From NCBI GenBank assembly GCA_019057475.1, contig DXJO01000018.1, positions 1-64,000 of the forward strand: a stretch of 64,000 nt of DNA. The letters are read 5' to 3'. The translations under genes were made by a program, and so were the position numbers. Below the pieces are notes generated by a model that saw nothing but the letters and a program-made list of their open reading frames with translations, did no database searches and was not told the origin of the DNA. Shown here piece by piece: positions 59,851-64,000 of this stretch. Source of the stretch: Candidatus Thorarchaeota archaeon (GTDB taxonomy: Archaea; Asgardarchaeota; Thorarchaeia; Thorarchaeales; Thorarchaeaceae). Numbering within the stretch: position 1 is the first letter of the stretch; each line of letters starts with the position of its first letter.

Positions 59851-61230
59851 ATGCTGCCTGTCATAGAGATAACAAAGCGGTGTCTTGAAGGAACACCATG
59901 CCTTGAGAGTGACTTTGACCTAGAGATTTTCGCACCTAGAGTCAGAGAGCTTGTCAAGGAATATGGCATAGCATATGACACTGATGTCATTGTGCCCTCA
60001 GACAACGGATTGGCGGACTCGGTGTTCAAGGCTGCCGTGGAATTGGTTGTTGATGTGGGGATGTTCTGCAAGGATACAGAGCGGATTGTCAAGTTTGAAG
60101 AGCAGGAGGTCCGGAAAGCAATCAAGACCGCTCAACGAGAAACCACCTTCGGTGAAGGCGAGGAACGGAGAACACTGCGCTCACGAACTCCAGAATCCAA
60201 GGACCACCCGTGGATATTCGCGGGAGCAGGAGGGGTGACAGTATCAAATGAAAACATCTTCATGCGACTTGTTGAAAACTATGCCAGAATGATACCGAAA
60301 GCCAATGCCATCACAACACCCTGTCTGCTTGAGGTGGATGGAATGAGCATTCGGGCGCGTTCGCCTCTTGAGATTGTGGGTTCAATTCGAACTGTGATGC
60401 TTGGCCGCGAAGCATTGCGAAGGGCGGAACGGCCAGGACTTCCCATTATGAATGGAATAAGCACTGCTGAATCGGCAGTTGCTCTTATCTCCGGATTGCA
60501 TCCTGATTTTGGGCTCAGAAAGTCAGACGGGTATATGATCTCCCTGTTAGCTGAGCTGAAGACAGACTTTGACCTGCTTAATCGTGCTGCACTGCTTCAA
60601 TCCATTGATGTCCCAATAGCCGGGATCTACGGGCCCATATTCGGTGGTTTCGCAGGTGGGGCTGAAGGGACTGCAATAGCATCGGTCGCGTTTCACATCC
60701 TAGCCATGCTCGCATATCGTGCTTCTTGGACCCTTTGTTTCCCCATCCATATCAAACACATTTCAAGCTCATCTCCTGAACTCATCTGGACCGCTAGTGT
60801 GTACTCACAAGCGGTTTCCAGAAACACTGAACTACCTGCGTTGTACTACCCCTACACCGCCGCAGGACCATGCACGGACATGGTTCTTCGGGAATTTGCC
60901 GCCCAGTTCATTGCGGCCATATCTTCAGGAGTTTCAATAGAAACAGGAGGCGTGGCGAAAGGAAAGTATTTCGACTATCTCACGCCGATTGAACCAATGT
61001 TCGGTTCAGAGGTTGCGTACGCAGCAGCAGGTCTAAAACGATCTGATGCAGATGATATGGTCAAAGAGCTACTATCCAGGTTCATAGAAAAAATCCCGAA
61101 CCCGCCGAAAGGGAGCAGGTTTCAAGAGTGCTGTGACCAGACAACAGGTAAGCCTTCAAAGAAGTGTTTCAGCATATACAAGAAGGTGAGGGATGAGGTC
61201 TCGGACCTCGGAATCGAGTTCTCCAGCTAG
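59851..61230 (+). CDS. MtmB-family methyltransferase lacking pyrrolysine
   Basis: 459 aa; KEYGI, VPSD..LAD..F.AA, RIVKF, SPLE, RPG, ELK.D, GGFAGG.EG, AGPCT; uninterrupted ORF. Confidence 0.85.
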   Translation: MLPVIEITKRCLEGTPCLESDFDLEIFAPRVRELVKEYGIAYDTDVIVPSDNGLADSVFKAAVELVVDVGMFCKDTERIVKFEEQEVRKAIKTAQRETTFGEGEERRTLRSRTPESKDHPWIFAGAGGVTVSNENIFMRLVENYARMIPKANAITTPCLLEVDGMSIRARSPLEIVGSIRTVMLGREALRRAERPGLPIMNGISTAESAVALISGLHPDFGLRKSDGYMISLLAELKTDFDLLNRAALLQSIDVPIAGIYGPIFGGFAGGAEGTAIASVAFHILAMLAYRASWTLCFPIHIKHISSSSPELIWTASVYSQAVSRNTELPALYYPYTAAGPCTDMVLREFAAQFIAAISSGVSIETGGVAKGKYFDYLTPIEPMFGSEVAYAAAGLKRSDADDMVKELLSRFIEKIPNPPKGSRFQECCDQTTGKPSKKCFSIYKKVRDEVSDLGIEFSS

Positions 61231-61270
61231 CTACTATGAATTTCTTGACATGCACCGTGTAGACAGAGAT

Positions 61271-62470
61271 TTAATGAGAATGGCCTCGACCCGCTCCGTG
61301 CTGCTCACCGAAGTACAGAACAGCTGTGGCTTCGCCTTCTTCTCGGCTCATCTCCTCTATTCCGTCAAGACTTAGGAGACTCCGTATTAGCTTAATCGCG
61401 AGATCCTTTGTGACTGGGGTTCTAGATCTCACCTGAACCCGAACAAGGTCTCCATCCGCCGTGACATTGCATTTCTCAAGCAGCCCCGAAGATGTGACGT
61501 TCAGAGCTGACCTCCTGACCCGATCCAGAATAGTCATAGATACATCAGAACCAACCACATCTGGCTGAGGGCCAAAGTCCTTTATGCTAACTAGAGTTCT
61601 CTCTCCGATGGCATCATTGATTGTGTGAGTGGCCAACCACTCCAAGAGCGGCGGACAGAGAGTGGCACGTCCACTCTGACCGGCTTGCATGAGGAACCTC
61701 TCACGTCGGCTTTTCCAGGCTTCGAAGATTCTCCTGTCGCGGTTTCCTTTTAGAAACCGAAACTCGCGATCATCGACCCACCTTAAACTAACCTTATTCT
61801 CAGCAATAACTTCAACATCGACGGTATAGCCTGCTTCATCCCAACTTGCTAGGAGCAGGAGTAGAAGGGTTTCAGGCTGATTTCGCATCATCTTGATGGT
61901 AGCCATAACCGTTCTGCGATCCGAATAATCTTCAACAGACCTGAGAACTCCCATCGTTTCTAGCAACTGCACGTGGAGTACAAATGCCTCGTATGTATTT
62001 TCCCAAATTTCCTGAGGGACAGTGCCGAGTCTGCGCAGTAGCTTTGTCTGTTGAGTGCCAAGCTTGTCAATTCGATCCTTAAATTCGCTGGCTGAGAACC
62101 TTGTCTGTCCGAAATCTGACAGTGCATCAAAGAATGCCGACGCAGCAAGGCCCATGTCCGCAGCATCAACTAAGGAGGCCAAGAGCTTTGAGATAGCCTT
62201 GAATTCACAATCATCACAATCTGGTTGGTTTCGTCGAATGCTGTAATAGCCGATTGCTTCCTCAATGACTTCGTTAATGCGCCCAGTTTCGCCGCTTAGG
62301 GATTTTAGCAGATCTCTAGTTTGCGCTGACACAGTTGTATGGATGTGAACGCGAGGACCACCTTTCACATAACCACGAGGTGCTTCGTCCTGTGTGTTTG
62401 AAGTTTTTTTCATGAACACACTCACCGATTCATGTTCAAGATGGCTCCTCTTAATGTGGCATGTGAACAT
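61271..62470 (-). CDS. Putative transcription regulator: N-terminal RHH-like domain, CxxC and repeated ligand-binding-like domains (likely start 62413)
   Basis: VHIHTTVSAQTRDLLKSL...INEVIEEAI, CDDC; TGTTCA motifs surround its start. Confidence 0.55.
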   Translation of the reverse strand: MFTCHIKRSHLEHESVSVFMKKTSNTQDEAPRGYVKGGPRVHIHTTVSAQTRDLLKSLSGETGRINEVIEEAIGYYSIRRNQPDCDDCEFKAISKLLASLVDAADMGLAASAFFDALSDFGQTRFSASEFKDRIDKLGTQQTKLLRRLGTVPQEIWENTYEAFVLHVQLLETMGVLRSVEDYSDRRTVMATIKMMRNQPETLLLLLLASWDEAGYTVDVEVIAENKVSLRWVDDREFRFLKGNRDRRIFEAWKSRRERFLMQAGQSGRATLCPPLLEWLATHTINDAIGERTLVSIKDFGPQPDVVGSDVSMTILDRVRRSALNVTSSGLLEKCNVTADGDLVRVQVRSRTPVTKDLAIKLIRSLLSLDGIEEMSREEGEATAVLYFGEQHGAGRGHSH

Positions 62471-62547
62471 AAGAGTTCCGTAGAAGTGCCAAGACTGACT
62501 AGAAACGCCAAACGCCAGAGAATAATGCCAAATTCATATCATTCCCA

Positions 62548-63303
62548 TCAATGGGAAGTAAAGCCTCCATCTACTACGACCACGGCTCCGGTCATAAATG
62601 TCGATTCATCGCAAGCCAAGAAAAGCGCTGCTTGAGCAACTTCTTCAGGTGTTCCAAATCGTCCCATAGGATATGATTTCGTTCGCTCGTCGCGGACTAG
62701 CTCTGCATTGCCCTGCTTCTCCAGTACCCTGCGTAGCATTGGAGTTTCTATTGCTCCAGGACAGATGCAGTTTACACGGATATTGTCTGTAGCCAGTTCG
62801 ACAGCCAAGGTCTTTGTCATCGCAATGACTCCGCCTTTTGAAGCCGAGTAGGCGGGAGAGAAAGAACCCACTAAACCCGCGACGGAGGCATTGTTAATGA
62901 TGACCCCACCGCCATTCTTGATCATCTCTGGAATAGTATACTTGCAGCAGAGAAACACAGATTTGAGATTGACATTGATTGATCTATCCCATTCCTCCTC
63001 TGTTGTATCTTTCAGATTCTTGACAACTTCAACACCTGCATTGTTGAACAGCACATCGATTCTGCCAAATGCTAGTGCCTTTTCGACTAGTTTCTTGACT
63101 TCACTCTTTTCAGATACGTCAGTCTTAACAAAGACCGCCTCTCTTCCTGTTTGTCTAATCGCTTCAATAACCTCAAGCCCCTTTTCTTGATCAATGTCAG
63201 CTCCCACAATCCTTGCACCCTCTTGAGCAAAGAGCAATGCTGCGGCCCTTCCGATGCCAGAACTGATTCCAGTTATCAAAGCCACTTTCTCTTCTAGCTT
63301 CAT
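62548..63303 (-). CDS. Classical short-chain dehydrogenase/reductase
   Basis: TGISSGIG, NNAG, YSASK, CPG, DGG; ATG at 63303. Confidence 0.93.
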   Translation of the reverse strand: MKLEEKVALITGISSGIGRAAALLFAQEGARIVGADIDQEKGLEVIEAIRQTGREAVFVKTDVSEKSEVKKLVEKALAFGRIDVLFNNAGVEVVKNLKDTTEEEWDRSINVNLKSVFLCCKYTIPEMIKNGGGVIINNASVAGLVGSFSPAYSASKGGVIAMTKTLAVELATDNIRVNCICPGAIETPMLRRVLEKQGNAELVRDERTKSYPMGRFGTPEEVAQAALFLACDESTFMTGAVVVVDGGFTSH

Positions 63304-63308
63304 CGTAT

Positions 63309-64000
63309 TCAGCCCATCCTCTTCTTCCAAAACTGACAAATCTCCAGAGGGGTTGCGAACCACACATCTTCTCGCGATTTCATGAGCTGGATTAGCTTCT
63401 CCAGCATCTTAGTTCTCGAAGGAATGCCGATTATTTGGGGATGCATTGCAAGCATAAAGTACAGCCCTTCGTCGTAAACCGCTTCGAATTCATCCGACCA
63501 TATTTCAAGGACCTTCCTGTGACTACTGATGCCGCTTTGGTATTCAAGAGGTGGGAAGTAGTTGAATCCAAAGTAAACCCAATCATCCAGTATCCAGCGA
63601 ATGGGAAGCTCTATAATCTTCTTATTTTCCGTCGCAATGGCGTACGGAACATCATCGCCCATCATGCTGCTATCGTAGATTAAGCCGTGCTTGGATAGCA
63701 GGTTAAGGGTGTTAGCACTCATGTCGGCTGCCGGCGCTCTGTATCCCATTGGCTTTTTGCCTGTAATCTCTTCCAGAACTTCAGTACCCTTCTCAAGTTC
63801 TTCCTTCTCCTCTAGAAGACTGCAGCTTGCAGGGTTTCTGTGGGAATATCCATGGTGTCCGACTTCATGTCCGTCCCCACTGATTTCCATCACGGTTTCC
63901 GGATATCTCTCGGCCACCTCTCCAGGGATGAAAAAGCCTGCCTTCAAATTGTGTGTCTTCAACAATCGCAGAATGCGGGGAACGCCTGCTTTGGGGCCGT
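63309..64000 (-). CDS. Polysaccharide deacetylase (CE4, PuuE-like), 5' end beyond the window
   Basis: G.PRIL, FFIPG, HEVGHHGYSH, GYRAP, YDSS, MHP. Confidence 0.88.
   Translation of the reverse strand, partial: GPKAGVPRILRLLKTHNLKAGFFIPGEVAERYPETVMEISGDGHEVGHHGYSHRNPASCSLLEEKEELEKGTEVLEEITGKKPMGYRAPAADMSANTLNLLSKHGLIYDSSMMGDDVPYAIATENKKIIELPIRWILDDWVYFGFNYFPPLEYQSGISSHRKVLEIWSDEFEAVYDEGLYFMLAMHPQIIGIPSRTKMLEKLIQLMKSREDVWFATPLEICQFWKKRMG

Noticed and set aside
59851-61230. Pyrrolysine (amber) readthrough
   Set aside because: No in-frame TAG and no pyl genes in the window.
21168-63683. Numerous 60-240 aa antisense or alternate-frame ORFs within long genes
   Set aside because: Shadow ORFs of well-supported CDSs, with no motifs.

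Overview
Archaeal chromosomal window, most likely Asgard (Thorarchaeota-like). This is inferred from a Rab-like small GTPase, a DUF22 protein, C-terminally anchored surface proteins and an MtmBC-like pair. There are three zones. (1) About 1-21,000 is a decayed, layered mobile-element island: ParB-like protein, 1097-aa primase/helicase-like Rep, repeated Zn-finger and RHH-like paralogues, PD-(D/E)XK and HNH nucleases, two broken tyrosine integrases, a BsaWI-family REase pseudogene, and several repeat- or hairpin-rich non-coding tracts. (2) 21,151-30,727 is a tightly coupled DISARM-like defence operon: drmA-drmB-drmC, an unknown 469-aa gene, an HhH-GPD/[4Fe-4S] glycosylase and a 5mC methyltransferase, with no recognisable drmD or drmE. 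(3) 31,289-64,000 is host metabolism: TldD/PmbA, GTPase, radical SAM, a TusA/DsrEFH-like sulfur relay and a peptide-type ABC transporter with a fused permease. It ends in a putative catabolic regulon (aminotransferase, two M28 paralogues, nitrilase, M20 deacylase, corrinoid protein plus pyrrolysine-free MtmB homologue, RHH-like regulator, SDR, deacetylase) linked by a recurrent TGTTCA motif and a 69-bp inverted duplicated promoter. No rRNA, tRNA or CRISPR array was recognised. All family calls come from motif recognition by eye, not database searches.
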